Assembly (NCBI GenBank): GCA_036266845.1
Contig: DATAXI010000071.1
Location: forward strand, 2,646 to 66,645
Direction of reading: 5' to 3'
Length of the DNA: 64,000 nucleotides
DNA from: Chthoniobacteraceae bacterium
Lineage (GTDB): Bacteria; Verrucomicrobiota; Verrucomicrobiia; Chthoniobacterales; Chthoniobacteraceae
Shown here: positions 10,786 to 21,222 of the stretch, in pieces
Layout of the letters: every line of letters begins with the position of its first letter
How positions within the stretch are numbered: the stretch's first letter is position 1
Program-made: the position numbers and the translations under genes
The notes under the pieces: generated by a model
Told to the model about the DNA's origin: nothing
Database searches by the model: none
What the model saw: the letters and a program-made list of their open reading frames with translations, nothing else

Positions 10786-12054
10786 TTACGCCGCGTCCTT
10801 GTCCTGCTTCTTGCGGATGATCGGCGTCCGCTTGCCCTCGACCACCGCCCGGTTCAGCGTGACATCCGCAATATCCTCGCGGCTCGGGATCTCGTACATG
10901 ACCTCGAGCATGATCCGCTCCAGCATCGAGCGAAGGGCCCGCGCGCCGGTTTCTTTCTTCACCGCCTGCTGCGACAGCGCCCGCAAGGCGTCCTTGGTTA
11001 CCGTCAGGTTCACCCCTTCCATCGCCAGCAGTTTGGAATACTGTTTCACCATCGCGTTCTTCGTATCGGTCAGGATGAGTATCAACTCGTCCTCGGTCAG
11101 CGCGTCCAGCGCGGTCACCACCGGCAGGCGTCCGATGAATTCCGGGATCATCCCGAAGCTCAGCAAATCCTCGGGCTCGGCAAGCTTGATCGCCTCCCGG
11201 GTCAGCACATCCACCGCATCCGCATCGCCGGTATTGAAGCCCAGCGTCCGCTTGCCCACGCGGCGTTGGACGATCTTGTCCAGTCCCACGAACGCCCCGC
11301 CGCAGATGAAGAGAATCTTTTCCGTATTGATCTGGATATATTCCTGGTGCGGATGCTTGCGCCCGCCCTGCGGAGGCACGTTGCAAACGCTCCCCTCGAG
11401 AATCTTCAGCAGCGCCTGTTGCACGCCCTCGCCGCTCACGTCACGGGTGATCGAGACGTTGTCGGTCTTGCGCCCGATCTTGTCGATCTCGTCGATGTAA
11501 ACGATGCCGATCTCCGCCCGCTTCACGTCGTAATCCGCGTTCTGGAGCAGCCGCAGGATGATGTTTTCCACATCCTCGCCCACGTACCCCGCCTCCGTCA
11601 GCGTGGTGGCGTCCGCGATGCAAAACGGCACATCCAGGATGCGGGCCAGGGTGCGGGCAAGAAGCGTCTTGCCGGAGCCGGTCGGCCCGATGAGGAGGAT
11701 ATTGCTCTTTTCGATCTCCACGTCCGCATAGGGATCGATGGAGACCGCGCCCGCCGAGGTGGACTGGAGGATGCGCTTGAAATGATTGTGCACCGCCACG
11801 GAGAGGACCTTCTTCGCCCGGTCCTGGCCGATGACGTATTGATCGAGCTGGCGGCGGATATCTGCCGGTTTCGGCACTTGCAACGTCGCCGATTGCCGCC
11901 GGGCGTCCTCGTTTAACTCCTTGTCCAGGATGCCTTTGCAGACATTGATGCAACTGTCGCAAATATACACCCCGGGACCGGCGATCAATTTCCGCACCTC
12001 TGCGTGGCTTTTCCCGCAGAAGGAACACATGGTTAAATTCGAGGCTCGGGCCAT
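10786..12054 (-). CDS. clpX: ATP-dependent Clp protease ATP-binding subunit ClpX
   Basis: N-terminal zinc finger CSFCGKS...CDSC, Walker A GPTGSGKT, and the IDEIDKI and GARALRS motifs. Confidence 0.97.
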   Translation of the reverse strand: MARASNLTMCSFCGKSHAEVRKLIAGPGVYICDSCINVCKGILDKELNEDARRQSATLQVPKPADIRRQLDQYVIGQDRAKKVLSVAVHNHFKRILQSTSAGAVSIDPYADVEIEKSNILLIGPTGSGKTLLARTLARILDVPFCIADATTLTEAGYVGEDVENIILRLLQNADYDVKRAEIGIVYIDEIDKIGRKTDNVSITRDVSGEGVQQALLKILEGSVCNVPPQGGRKHPHQEYIQINTEKILFICGGAFVGLDKIVQRRVGKRTLGFNTGDADAVDVLTREAIKLAEPEDLLSFGMIPEFIGRLPVVTALDALTEDELILILTDTKNAMVKQYSKLLAMEGVNLTVTKDALRALSQQAVKKETGARALRSMLERIMLEVMYEIPSREDIADVTLNRAVVEGKRTPIIRKKQDKDAA

Positions 12055-12170
12055 TGGCTTTTGGGGTGAGTTATATATCGCGCCCGTGCAGATTCCGCAA
12101 ATCGGACCTGAGGATTTAAAGCAAATCGGATGCCTTTTTCCTCAGATCAATGCCGAATACAGGCGAAAAC

Positions 12171-12866
12171 CTACGCTGCCGGGGCCGGATCCGCGGGCTT
12201 GATTTCGGCATCCGCCGCGGCGGTCGGCTCCGGCTTCAGCTCCTTGCGGGATTGCACGACCTGATCGACGAGGCCGTAGTCCCGCGCTTCAAACGAGGAC
12301 ATGTAGTAGTCGCGGTCGGAGTCATGCTTCACCGTCTCTTCGTCCTTGCCGGTGTGTTCCGCCAGGATTCTGATGAGGCGCTTCTTCAGCTTGAACATGT
12401 ACTCGACCGTCCGCTCGACGTCGCTGGCCGTGCCCTGGGCTCCGCCGGAGACCTGGTGGATCATGATGTCGGAGTTGGGCAGGGCGTACCGCTTGCCCTT
12501 GGTGCCCGCCGCCAGCAGCACCGCGCCCATGCTGGCTGCCATGCCCAGGCAATAGGTGGTCACATCGCAAGTCAGGAACTGCATCGTGTCATAGATCGCC
12601 AGGCCTGCCGTCACGCTGCCGCCGGGGGAGTTGATGTAAAGGTTCACATCCTTCTTGGGGTCTTCCATTTGGAGGAAGAGCAACTGGGCAATGACCAGAT
12701 TTGCCACATGATCGTCGATGGGCGTGCCGAGGAAGATAATGCGGTCCTTCAGCAGCCGGGAGTAGATGTCATACGCCGCCTCGCCCCGCCCGGTCTTCTC
12801 GACCACGGTGGGAATCGGCATGTAAGCGTTCGTGAAGCGGCGGGAATCGTTCGGTGTGATGAACAT
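12171..12866 (-). CDS. clpP: ATP-dependent Clp protease proteolytic subunit ClpP (with ~30-aa Pro/Ala-rich C-terminal tail)
   Basis: [24 protein letters not shown], catalytic GMAASMGA and MIHQ. Immediately upstream of clpX. Confidence 0.96.
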   Translation of the reverse strand: MFITPNDSRRFTNAYMPIPTVVEKTGRGEAAYDIYSRLLKDRIIFLGTPIDDHVANLVIAQLLFLQMEDPKKDVNLYINSPGGSVTAGLAIYDTMQFLTCDVTTYCLGMAASMGAVLLAAGTKGKRYALPNSDIMIHQVSGGAQGTASDVERTVEYMFKLKKRLIRILAEHTGKDEETVKHDSDRDYYMSSFEARDYGLVDQVVQSRKELKPEPTAAADAEIKPADPAPAA

Positions 12867-13028
12867 GGGATTGTGGTGGTTACCACAGACCGTAAACCGC
12901 CCCCGATTTCCTGCAAGCGAGAATAAAGGGAGAAATGGACCGCGAACAAGATCGGCGGGAAGGGCTTGCCGGATGGTTTATCCCAAAAACGGCCTTCTCC
13001 CGGTTTTTTAAAATCGCCGGCGCGCGAT

Positions 13029-14360
13029 TTACACCGCAGGCGCCGGCGTTCCCTCGGCGATCTTCACCTCGGCGGCATTCACCAGGAAGTCGATCACCTT
13101 ATTCGAGAGGATTTCCTCCGCCACGCGGTCAACCGCGCCGTTCTTCTCCAGTTCCTTGCCCGCTTTCTCCGGTGTCATGCCGTAGCGGGCGGCCATTGCG
13201 GCGATACGGGCGCGCAATTCCGCATTGGTGATTGTCACCTTTTCCGCTTCCGCGATGCGGTGCAGGATGAACGTTCCCTTCAGCTTGTTTTTCGCGCCGC
13301 GCGAGGCTGCTTCCACCAGCTCCTTCTCATGTCCTTTGATCGCCTCGTCCGTCATGCCGCGGGACTGCTCCTGCTGCACAATCTCCGCCAGGATGCGGCG
13401 CGTCTCGCCCGCCACCATCGCTTCCGGCAGCTCGCATTCCACATTGGCGATCAGTTGGGTCATCACCTGGTCGCGCTTCATGCGCTCGATGTCTTCCTTC
13501 TTCTGGCGGGAAAGCTCCGTGCGGGCCAGCTCGCGCAGCTCGGCCAGCGTCTTGCCTTCCACGATGCTCCCGGCAAACGCATCGTCCAGCGCCGGCAAAA
13601 TCTGGTTCTTCAGCCCCTTGATCGTGACCACGTAATGAAGCTGCTTGCCCGCCATCTCCGCCAGCACAAAGTCCGCCGGCACCGTCAGGTCAAATTCGCG
13701 CGTCTCGTTCAGGTTTGCCCCCGCCAGCGCCTCGCTAAAGCCGGGCAGGAAGGACTCCGGCGTCAGCCTCACCCAGCGGTTGTTGTCCGCCGTGAGCGGC
13801 TTGCCCGCTTTCGGAAATGTCTCGGATACGGGCTTGCCCTCATGCGTGCCGGTGTAATCGACAATCGCGTAATCCTCCATCTCCAGGCTGCGCCCGGTGA
13901 TGTCCTCGAATGTTGCCGCCTGCTTTCGCAGGTTCTCGATGGACGTGTCGATCTCCGCGTCCGTTACCTCCTCCGCCGGCACCACGACGGCGATGTTTCG
14001 GTACTCAGGCAATTCAAACTCCGGCGCGGTCACGACAGTCGCCGTAAAATGCAGCGATTGATCCGGCGAAAACTCCACGTCCTCGACATTCTGGATTTGC
14101 AGCACCTTCAGGTTCTTCTCGGAGATCGCCGCCCGCGTGCTCTCGCTCAGGAGCTTGCGCTCCAGTTCTTCGCGAATCTCCTTCTGGAATTTTTTCTCCA
14201 CCACGGACCGGGGGGCCTTGCCGGGCCGGTACCCGGGCAGCTTGGCCTGGGCGGTGTAATCCCGGGTAATGTTCTCTCTCGCCGCGTTCACGGCATCCGG
14301 CGGCAGGTCAACCTTCAGGGTCGCGAGGCAATTGGGCAGAGCTTCGACTTGGACATTCAT
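13029..14360 (-). CDS. tig: trigger factor
   Basis: Start placed at ATG 14360 (MNVQVEALPNCLATLKVDLP, a typical Tig N-terminus); the track ORF extends upstream. An FKBP-type middle domain, and the tig-clpP-clpX order is conserved. Confidence 0.9.
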   Translation of the reverse strand: MNVQVEALPNCLATLKVDLPPDAVNAARENITRDYTAQAKLPGYRPGKAPRSVVEKKFQKEIREELERKLLSESTRAAISEKNLKVLQIQNVEDVEFSPDQSLHFTATVVTAPEFELPEYRNIAVVVPAEEVTDAEIDTSIENLRKQAATFEDITGRSLEMEDYAIVDYTGTHEGKPVSETFPKAGKPLTADNNRWVRLTPESFLPGFSEALAGANLNETREFDLTVPADFVLAEMAGKQLHYVVTIKGLKNQILPALDDAFAGSIVEGKTLAELRELARTELSRQKKEDIERMKRDQVMTQLIANVECELPEAMVAGETRRILAEIVQQEQSRGMTDEAIKGHEKELVEAASRGAKNKLKGTFILHRIAEAEKVTITNAELRARIAAMAARYGMTPEKAGKELEKNGAVDRVAEEILSNKVIDFLVNAAEVKIAEGTPAPAV

Positions 14361-14499
14361 GGCGATAATCAGGATTTCTTTTAAAAAATACGGAAAAAAC
14401 GACCGCGCCGTTTCGCGCGGGGGGTAACTTCTAAACCTCCCCGAAAAATTCGCAATCCGCAATTTGCCGGGATTCTCAGGCCGAGAGGCGGAAATCGGC

Positions 14500-15777
14500 A
14501 TGCGGCGGGCGGGCCACATCCGTAAGTCTTGTGTGATTCGGCGCTTATTGATTGCGGCCCTCGTGTTCCACCTATCCCCGGCTCCGGGTAAATGCGCGCT
14601 GCCCCCGCCGGAATTGCCGCCTGCCGTGCCCACCAGCGAATTGGCGCCGGCCAGCCTGCTGCAAGGGAAGGGGTACACCATCGATCCCGTCACCCGGACG
14701 GATGGATTCATGGGCCTCTTCCAGTTGCATACCCGCTACGGCACTTACCAGTGCGTGGGGCGGGAGATGCTCTACCTGCGAATCTACGAGCTGAGGGCCC
14801 TGGAGAAAATGGATCAGGGGATGAAGACCAAAGCCTTTGGCGATGCGCTGGGCGCCGCAGCGGTGGAGCCGGTGACGGATGTGGTGAAGATCGCGCGCAA
14901 TCCGGTGCGAAGCGTGGCCCATATGCCGGTGGGCGTCGGCCATTTATTCATGGAGATAGGCGGCGGTTTCGCAGGCGCAGGCGGAGCCCTTTTCCACATC
15001 GGCAGGCATGACCCCTCGCCGCAGCCCCCGCCCAGCCGCGAGGGCATGGCCGGCTACAACGTCGCTCGCAACCAATGGGCCCGCCGGTTTGCGGTGGATC
15101 CCTACACCACCAATCGCCCGCTGGAATTGAAGCTGAACCATCTCGGGATGATCAGCTTTGGCACCGATAAGGTGGCCGGCGCAGCCGTCGGCTTCGGGAT
15201 TGGGTCATTCGGCACGCTTGCCGACTGGCTCTCTTACCTGCCCGATGTCGATGATCACCTTATGACCGCGCCGCCGCCGGAGGTAGCCGCCGTGGATACG
15301 CGCCGGATGGAAAAGCTCGGTATTCCAAAGACGGCGATGAAACCGCTGCTCGATAACCCATGGTTCACGCCCACGCTCCAAATCCGCTACGTGAACGACC
15401 TTGCCAAACTCCGAAACGTCACTGACCTGCCGGCAGCCGTCCGACTCGCGGGCAAAGCCCAGTCCGAAGAGCAAACCCGTTTCCTCTGCGGCGGGCTGGA
15501 GATGCTCGACCGTTATCAAAAAACCATCGGACCGTTGCGCGAATTCCAGGCTTTCCAGGGCGTCCCGGCCGCCATCGCCGGCGACGGCGCGCTGGTCGTC
15601 GCCGCCCCCATCGATCTGCTCTCCTGGACCCATATAGCCGAATCCTTCGCGGCTCACCGCGATCCGCACCGGCCCGCATGGCTCTACGTTGCCGGCCCGC
15701 TTACGCCGCGCGCGCAACAAGGCTTTGCGGAGCTGGGCTGGAAGGTCTGCGACCTGCCACCGTCCGGCCATCGCTGA
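14500..15777 (+). CDS. hypothetical secreted/periplasmic protein
   Basis: Long ORF with coding-like composition. N-terminus MRRAGHIRKSCVIRRLLIAALVF is signal-like. No motif I recognise. Confidence 0.5.
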   Translation: MRRAGHIRKSCVIRRLLIAALVFHLSPAPGKCALPPPELPPAVPTSELAPASLLQGKGYTIDPVTRTDGFMGLFQLHTRYGTYQCVGREMLYLRIYELRALEKMDQGMKTKAFGDALGAAAVEPVTDVVKIARNPVRSVAHMPVGVGHLFMEIGGGFAGAGGALFHIGRHDPSPQPPPSREGMAGYNVARNQWARRFAVDPYTTNRPLELKLNHLGMISFGTDKVAGAAVGFGIGSFGTLADWLSYLPDVDDHLMTAPPPEVAAVDTRRMEKLGIPKTAMKPLLDNPWFTPTLQIRYVNDLAKLRNVTDLPAAVRLAGKAQSEEQTRFLCGGLEMLDRYQKTIGPLREFQAFQGVPAAIAGDGALVVAAPIDLLSWTHIAESFAAHRDPHRPAWLYVAGPLTPRAQQGFAELGWKVCDLPPSGHR

Positions 15778-15817
15778 TTCAGGGAACCTGGATAATCCTG
15801 TACCTGCGCCGGGAAAT

Positions 15818-17089
15818 CTACACCACCCAGCGGCGAATCTCTTCCTCGTTCTTGAATGGCCCGACGACCGCCAGCCCCAGCCGGGCGCGGTTCAGGCAAT
15901 GGCACGCGACGGAGCGCACATCCTCCGGCGTCACCGCCATGAGCCGCCGCTCGATTTGCGACGGCTCAAAGACCTTGCGGTACCCGAGGATCGATTCGCC
16001 CATGAACATCATTTGGTTGGTGGTGCTCTCGAGGCCCAGTTGCGTCTGGCCGACCGTGTAATCCTGCGCTTTCCGCAGTTCCTGCTTCCCGGGCGCTTTT
16101 TTGCAGATGCTCTCGATCTCGCGAAAGATCATCTTCACCGCTTTCTGCAACTTCGCCGTGTCCAGGCCCGCGTAGATATTGATCACCCCGGCATCGGAAA
16201 GCGCCACCATTCCCGTCTGGACGGAGTAGCAGAAGCCATATTGCTCCCGCAGCCGCTGGAAGAGCCGGGAGCTCATGTTCTCACCCAGGATAACGGAGAG
16301 CAGCTTCAGCGCGAATCGCCGCTCGTCCGACCGCCCAAAGGCGTAAAAGCCCATCGCCAGATGCGTCTGCTCCGTCGGCTGGCTCACCAGGGATACCTTG
16401 GGCTTGCCGTGGGAAAAATTCCCCCGGCGGCACCGGGGCGCCCGTCCGCTGGGCAGCCGCTCCAGCCGCTTACCCATTTCCTTCATCAATTGCTCGTGGG
16501 TCACATTCCCCGCCGCCGTGATGACTGTGGTGCTGCCGTTGTAATTCTCCGCCAGGAAGCGTTTCAGCTTGGCGCGGTCCAGCTTTGCGATGCTCTCCAC
16601 CGTGCCGGTCAGCGGCTGGCCGAGCGGGTGCTTGGGCCACATCGTCTCTGAGAGCAACTCCTGGGCGTGCTGCGCCGGGTTGTCCCGGTACATCATGATC
16701 TCTTCCCGGATGACCTCCCGCTCCCGCTCGATCTCCTGTTCCTCCAGGGTCGAGTTCAAATACATGTCCGAGAGCACGTCGCACAGCATCCCGAAGTGTT
16801 TGCCCGCGGACTTCGCATAATAGCAGGTATGGTCCTCCGTCGTGAACGCGTTGAGGTAGCCGCCCAGCCCTTCCACCTCCTCCGTGATCTGCCGGGCTGT
16901 CCGCTTCCGGGTGCCCTTGAATATCAGATGTTCAATGAAATGAGAAATCCCGCTGACGGCTTCCTTCTCGAAACGCCCGCCCACGCCGGCCCACAGCCCT
17001 AGCGCAACGCTCTGCATATGAGGCATTTGAAATGATGCGAGGCGGATTCCGTTACTGAGTTTTGAAATTTGGTACTGCATTAACTGCAA
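15818..17089 (-). CDS. M16 family (pitrilysin/insulinase-like) zinc peptidase
   Basis: Inverted zinc motif HFIEHLIFKGT (HxxEH) near the N-terminus, and the two-domain length is typical. Confidence 0.88.
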   Translation of the reverse strand: MQLMQYQISKLSNGIRLASFQMPHMQSVALGLWAGVGGRFEKEAVSGISHFIEHLIFKGTRKRTARQITEEVEGLGGYLNAFTTEDHTCYYAKSAGKHFGMLCDVLSDMYLNSTLEEQEIEREREVIREEIMMYRDNPAQHAQELLSETMWPKHPLGQPLTGTVESIAKLDRAKLKRFLAENYNGSTTVITAAGNVTHEQLMKEMGKRLERLPSGRAPRCRRGNFSHGKPKVSLVSQPTEQTHLAMGFYAFGRSDERRFALKLLSVILGENMSSRLFQRLREQYGFCYSVQTGMVALSDAGVINIYAGLDTAKLQKAVKMIFREIESICKKAPGKQELRKAQDYTVGQTQLGLESTTNQMMFMGESILGYRKVFEPSQIERRLMAVTPEDVRSVACHCLNRARLGLAVVGPFKNEEEIRRWVV

Positions 17090-17091
17090 GA

Positions 17092-17775
17092 TTAAATTGC
17101 CGCTCTGGAGGCAAGCACATGCTCTGCCAACTCGAGATCGCGGGGGATGGTTATTTTAAAGTTCCATTCGTCATTGCGCAACAAGGCGATATTCACGCCC
17201 AGTTTCTGCACCGCCGAAACCTCGTCGGTCACCAATTCTCCGGCGCCAATGACCGCCGCATAGGCCTGCAGGATGATGGGGGTGGAAAATATTTGTGGCG
17301 TCTGCATGGCCCACAGCCCGCAGCGCTCCACGCTGGCGGTGACATGCCCTTTGTCGTCGGCCCGTTTCACGGTATCCGGGATTGGCGAGGCCACGCAGGC
17401 CGCCCCGGAGTTGCGGGCCATCTCGAGGCATTGGCGGATGACAGCCGGCGTGGTCAGGGGGCGCGCCCCGTCATGGATGGCCACATACGCCGCCCGCCCG
17501 TTGACCGCCTGCAAACCGCCCCAGACGGAAAAATGACGCTCAGCCCCGCCCTCCACCAGGCGCTTCACCTTGGTCCATCCTTCGGAAGCGATGAGCCCCT
17601 CGATGGGCGCCTTCTGCTCCGGGCGGATCACGAGGACGATCTCCCCGATCTCCGGCGTGCTTTCAAACGCCGCCACCGAGTGCGCCAGGACCGGTTTCCC
17701 CCCCAGCGAGGCGAAGAGCTTGTCAAAGCCCATCCGCCGGCTGCTGCCCGCCGCGACGATAACCGCGGAGACCAT
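17092..17775 (-). CDS. ispD: 2-C-methyl-D-erythritol 4-phosphate cytidylyltransferase
   Basis: VIVAAGSSRRMG ... DKLF N-terminus, VAIHDGARP, and length 227 aa. Confidence 0.9.
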   Translation of the reverse strand: MVSAVIVAAGSSRRMGFDKLFASLGGKPVLAHSVAAFESTPEIGEIVLVIRPEQKAPIEGLIASEGWTKVKRLVEGGAERHFSVWGGLQAVNGRAAYVAIHDGARPLTTPAVIRQCLEMARNSGAACVASPIPDTVKRADDKGHVTASVERCGLWAMQTPQIFSTPIILQAYAAVIGAGELVTDEVSAVQKLGVNIALLRNDEWNFKITIPRDLELAEHVLASRAAI

Positions 17776-18227
17776 CAGGGAAGTTGCCGCTGGACCTCCT
17801 GGCTCAGCGTCTTTCCATCTGCCCGCCCTGCCGCCTTGGTCTGGACGATCTTCATTACCGCGCCCATCTGCGCCTTTGAAGTCGCTCCCGATTCCGCAAT
17901 CGCCTCCGCCACCAGCTTCGTGATCTCCTCCGGGCCAAAGGGTTGCGGCAGGTACGCGTTCAGCATCCCAAGCTCCAGCTTTTCAGTCTCCGCGAGGTCG
18001 GGCCGGTTCCCTTTCTCAAACCCTTCAATGGAATCCTGCCGCTGCTTGGCCTGCTTGCGCACCACGGCTATCGCCTCGGCGTCGTCCAGTTGGCCCGTGG
18101 CCCCATATTTCTCGATTGCCGCGTTCTTGAGCGCGGATTTCAGCATGCGCAGCACGTTCAGCCGCTGGCTGTCCCGGGCCTTCATCGCTTCCTTCAGATC
18201 GTTGTCGATTCGCTCCTGAAAAGTCAT
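17775..18227 (-). CDS. GatB/YqeY domain-containing protein
   Basis: MTFQERIDNDLKEAMKARD..RLNVLRMLKSALKN is the canonical YqeY N-terminus. ATG 18227 is preferred over the TTG at 18248. Confidence 0.85.
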   Translation of the reverse strand: MTFQERIDNDLKEAMKARDSQRLNVLRMLKSALKNAAIEKYGATGQLDDAEAIAVVRKQAKQRQDSIEGFEKGNRPDLAETEKLELGMLNAYLPQPFGPEEITKLVAEAIAESGATSKAQMGAVMKIVQTKAAGRADGKTLSQEVQRQLP

Positions 18228-18323
18228 AGGGGGTGCTACCTTACGCAAAAATCCGAATTACAAAACCGGAATTTATCGGGCCGTTCTTGCGGGACCTTTG
18301 GAGTTTGGTGGAGATTGGACCCT

Positions 18324-20189
18324 GTGGCTTCCGAATCCGCGCCCCCCTCCCGAAGAACGAACTGGCTCAAACTGACCGCCGCGCTGGCCGTCGCCGCGGC
18401 CATGATTGCCGCCTACTCCAACCATTTCCACAATGGCTTCCACTTCGATGATGCGCACACCATCGTCAATAACGGCTTCATTCGCGATCTCCGCTTCATC
18501 CCGCGCTTCTTCACGGACGCGTCCACTTTCAGCGCGCTGCCCTCGAATCAATCCTACCGCCCCATTGTCTCGACAACGCTGGCTGTCGATTACTGGCTGG
18601 GCAATGGCGTGAGGCCCTTCTGGTTTCATGTCTCGAATTTCGCAACCTTCCTGGCCGGCGCCTTCCTGCTCGGCCTGCTGGTGCACCGGCTGCTCGATGG
18701 CCGCCATCCGTGGCTCGCCCTGCTCGCCGCCGCGGCCTATGGCCTGCTGCCGGGCAATGCGGATACGGTCAATTACATCATCGCCCGCTCGGATTTGCTC
18801 TCCACGCTCGGCGTGATCGCCGGGTTTGCCATCTACGCCCTGTGGCCCCGTTTGCGCCCATGGCAGCTTTACCTGATGCCCGTCGCGCTCGGCATGCTGG
18901 CCAAGCCGGTTGCGGCCATCTTTGCTCCGCTCTTCGCGCTGTACGTTCTCTGTTTCGGCATTCGGCGTCCCGTGTGGAGATATCTCGCGGAGATTCTCCC
19001 GGCATTCCTGGTGTGCGGCGCGATGACGCTCTTCATCCAAAAAATGACGCCGCATAGCTGGGTTGCCGGCTCGGCGGAAAGCGGGCCATACCTCGCCACA
19101 CAGCCCTACGTCGCGCTGCTTTACTTCCAGACCTTCTTCCAGCCGCGCGGCCTCTCGGCGGATTACGATCTCACCCCGCTCGCCCATGCCGGGGATCCCC
19201 GCCTCTGGGCCGGCGCCGCCTTCGGCATGGTCCTGCTTGCGGGGGGAATCGTTGCGGCTGCGTTTCGCCGCACGCGCGTCATTGGCTTTGGGCTGCTTTG
19301 GTTTTTCATCGCGCTGCTGCCCACCGCGCTCTTCCCGCTGGCGGAGGTGATCAATGACCACCGCGCATCGCTTGCCTACATGGGTCTCGTCATCGCGCTG
19401 GCCGGCGCGGTCGCGCTCCTGCCGGCATGGGGCATCCGTCTCGCCGCCGCCGCCGCCGTGTGCGCGCTCGCCATTGCCGGCACGGCCACCTGGCGGCGCA
19501 ATGAGGTCTGGAAGAATGACCTCACGCTCTGGCAGGACGCCGTCCTCAAAGGTCCCGGCAACGGACGCGCCCGCATGAACTACGGCGCCGCCCTCATGGG
19601 CCAGGGCAAATTGCAGCAGGCGCTGGCCCAGTTCCAGCAGGCAAAAATCGCCACCCCGTTTTACCCCGTCCTCTATGTGAACCTCGCCATTGACGAGGCC
19701 GCGCTCGGCCGGCAGGCCCAGGCGAGTCATGATTTTCAGACCGCTCTCCAGCTCGGCCCGGCGATTCCCGATAGCCATACCTACTACGCCCGCTGGCTGC
19801 TGGAGCAAGGCCGCCGCGATGAGGCCGCGGCCCAGGCTCGCGAAGCGCTGAAACTGAGTCCCGCCGACTTTGGCGCCCAGATCCTTCTCGCCCGCATCCA
19901 GGCAGCGCCCTCGTCCCTCAGCCCGGAGATGCTTCTATCCCAGAGCCTCGCCGAGTTCCGCGCCGGCCATTACCTCCAGTCCATCGGCGCCGCCCAGCGC
20001 GCCCTTCAAATGCGCCCCGGTTACGCTGAAGCGTACAACAACATTGGCGCTTCCTGGAACTCCCTGGGCCGCTACGATCTCGGCGCCGCCGCCTGCCAGC
20101 AAGCCCTCCGCCTCAATCCCCAATTCACCCTCGCGCGGAACAACCTGGCCTACGCCCTCCAGATGGCGGCGGCTGCGCGGAAGAAGTAG
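18324..20189 (+). CDS. multi-pass membrane protein with C-terminal TPR repeats (GT39/TMTC-like, DUF1736-type)
   Basis: N-terminal FHFDDAHTIVNN motif, about 10 TM segments, then TPR repeats (YNNIGASWNSLGRYDLGAAACQQALRLNP). The start is uncertain (GTG 18324 or TTG 18315); the track ORF start overlaps yqeY and is not credible. Confidence 0.72.
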   Translation: MASESAPPSRRTNWLKLTAALAVAAAMIAAYSNHFHNGFHFDDAHTIVNNGFIRDLRFIPRFFTDASTFSALPSNQSYRPIVSTTLAVDYWLGNGVRPFWFHVSNFATFLAGAFLLGLLVHRLLDGRHPWLALLAAAAYGLLPGNADTVNYIIARSDLLSTLGVIAGFAIYALWPRLRPWQLYLMPVALGMLAKPVAAIFAPLFALYVLCFGIRRPVWRYLAEILPAFLVCGAMTLFIQKMTPHSWVAGSAESGPYLATQPYVALLYFQTFFQPRGLSADYDLTPLAHAGDPRLWAGAAFGMVLLAGGIVAAAFRRTRVIGFGLLWFFIALLPTALFPLAEVINDHRASLAYMGLVIALAGAVALLPAWGIRLAAAAAVCALAIAGTATWRRNEVWKNDLTLWQDAVLKGPGNGRARMNYGAALMGQGKLQQALAQFQQAKIATPFYPVLYVNLAIDEAALGRQAQASHDFQTALQLGPAIPDSHTYYARWLLEQGRRDEAAAQAREALKLSPADFGAQILLARIQAAPSSLSPEMLLSQSLAEFRAGHYLQSIGAAQRALQMRPGYAEAYNNIGASWNSLGRYDLGAAACQQALRLNPQFTLARNNLAYALQMAAAARKK

Positions 20190-20309
20190 CGGCCCATCCG
20201 CCAGGGCGATCAGCACACCGAGTGGTTCCCCGGCGCCCAGACTTAGAGCATTGTCCCCGGCTCCGCGCCCGCTTCGGGTTGGCGATAGCGGCTGAGATAC
20301 GGCAAAGCC

Positions 20310-21164
20310 TCAATCCCTGAACACCACGGTCTTTTTCCCATGGATCAGGACCCGGTCGTGAATGTGGTAGCGCACCCCGCGCGCCAGCGCCAGCCGCTCG
20401 CAATCGCGCCCCAGCCGCAGCATATCCTCGGGCGAGTGGAAATGTTCCACCCGCACCACCTCCTGGTCGATGATCGGCCCTTCATCCAGCACCTTCGTTA
20501 CGTAATGGCAGGTGGCCCCGATCAGCTTTACCCCGCGGTCATACGCCCGGCGGTAAGGATTCGCCCCCACGAATGAGGGGAGAAACGAGTGGTGGATATT
20601 GATGATGCGTCCCGGCCACGCATCGCACACCTCCGGCGGGATGATCTGCATGTAGCGGGCCAGCACCACCAGGTCTATCGCGTGCTCCTCCAGCAGCGCC
20701 GCCGTCCGCCCCAGGCCCGCCGCCTTGTTCTCCGCATCCACCGGCACATGCTCAAACCGCAGCCCCTCCCGCTCCACCATCTCGCGAAAATCCTCGTGGT
20801 TGGAGATCACCACCGGAATCTCCATCGGCATCTCGCCCGCCTTCCACCGCCATAGCAGGTCTGCCAGGCAATGCCCCAGCTTGCTTACCAGGATGGCCAC
20901 CCGCATCCGCGCCTGGTCCTCGCGCAGCGTCCACTCCGCCTCCAGCTCCTTAGCCAGCGGGGAGAATGCTTTCCGCAGCCCCGCGGTATCCAGCGCCAGA
21001 GTCCCCGTATCAATTGCCATCCTCGCAAAAAACCACCCGGAGATCGGGTCCGTAAACTGGTGCACCTCCAGCAAATTGCCTCCGTGGAATGCCACGAACG
21101 CCGTGAGCCGCGCCAGCAGCCCCACGCGATCCGGACAGGCCAGTTTCAAAAGCGTTACACCCAT
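20310..21164 (-). CDS. purU: formyltetrahydrofolate deformylase
   Basis: N-terminal ACT domain (LLKLACPDRVGLLARLTAF) plus formyltransferase core (IINIHHSFLPSFVGANPY). Confidence 0.9.
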   Translation of the reverse strand: MGVTLLKLACPDRVGLLARLTAFVAFHGGNLLEVHQFTDPISGWFFARMAIDTGTLALDTAGLRKAFSPLAKELEAEWTLREDQARMRVAILVSKLGHCLADLLWRWKAGEMPMEIPVVISNHEDFREMVEREGLRFEHVPVDAENKAAGLGRTAALLEEHAIDLVVLARYMQIIPPEVCDAWPGRIINIHHSFLPSFVGANPYRRAYDRGVKLIGATCHYVTKVLDEGPIIDQEVVRVEHFHSPEDMLRLGRDCERLALARGVRYHIHDRVLIHGKKTVVFRD

Positions 21165-21222
21165 GGCATTCAGTAAACGCCCGTCTCTATCCTGCCGCCG
21201 CGCCGCCCGCAAGCGTGGGGAT

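Noticed and set aside
18273-19808. 511-aa minus-strand ORF, and many similar 60-400-aa overlapping ORFs throughout the track
   Set aside because: All lie antisense or out of frame to genes with clear family signatures. Their Arg/Gly/Pro/Ala-rich composition is characteristic of non-coding frames in GC-rich genomes.
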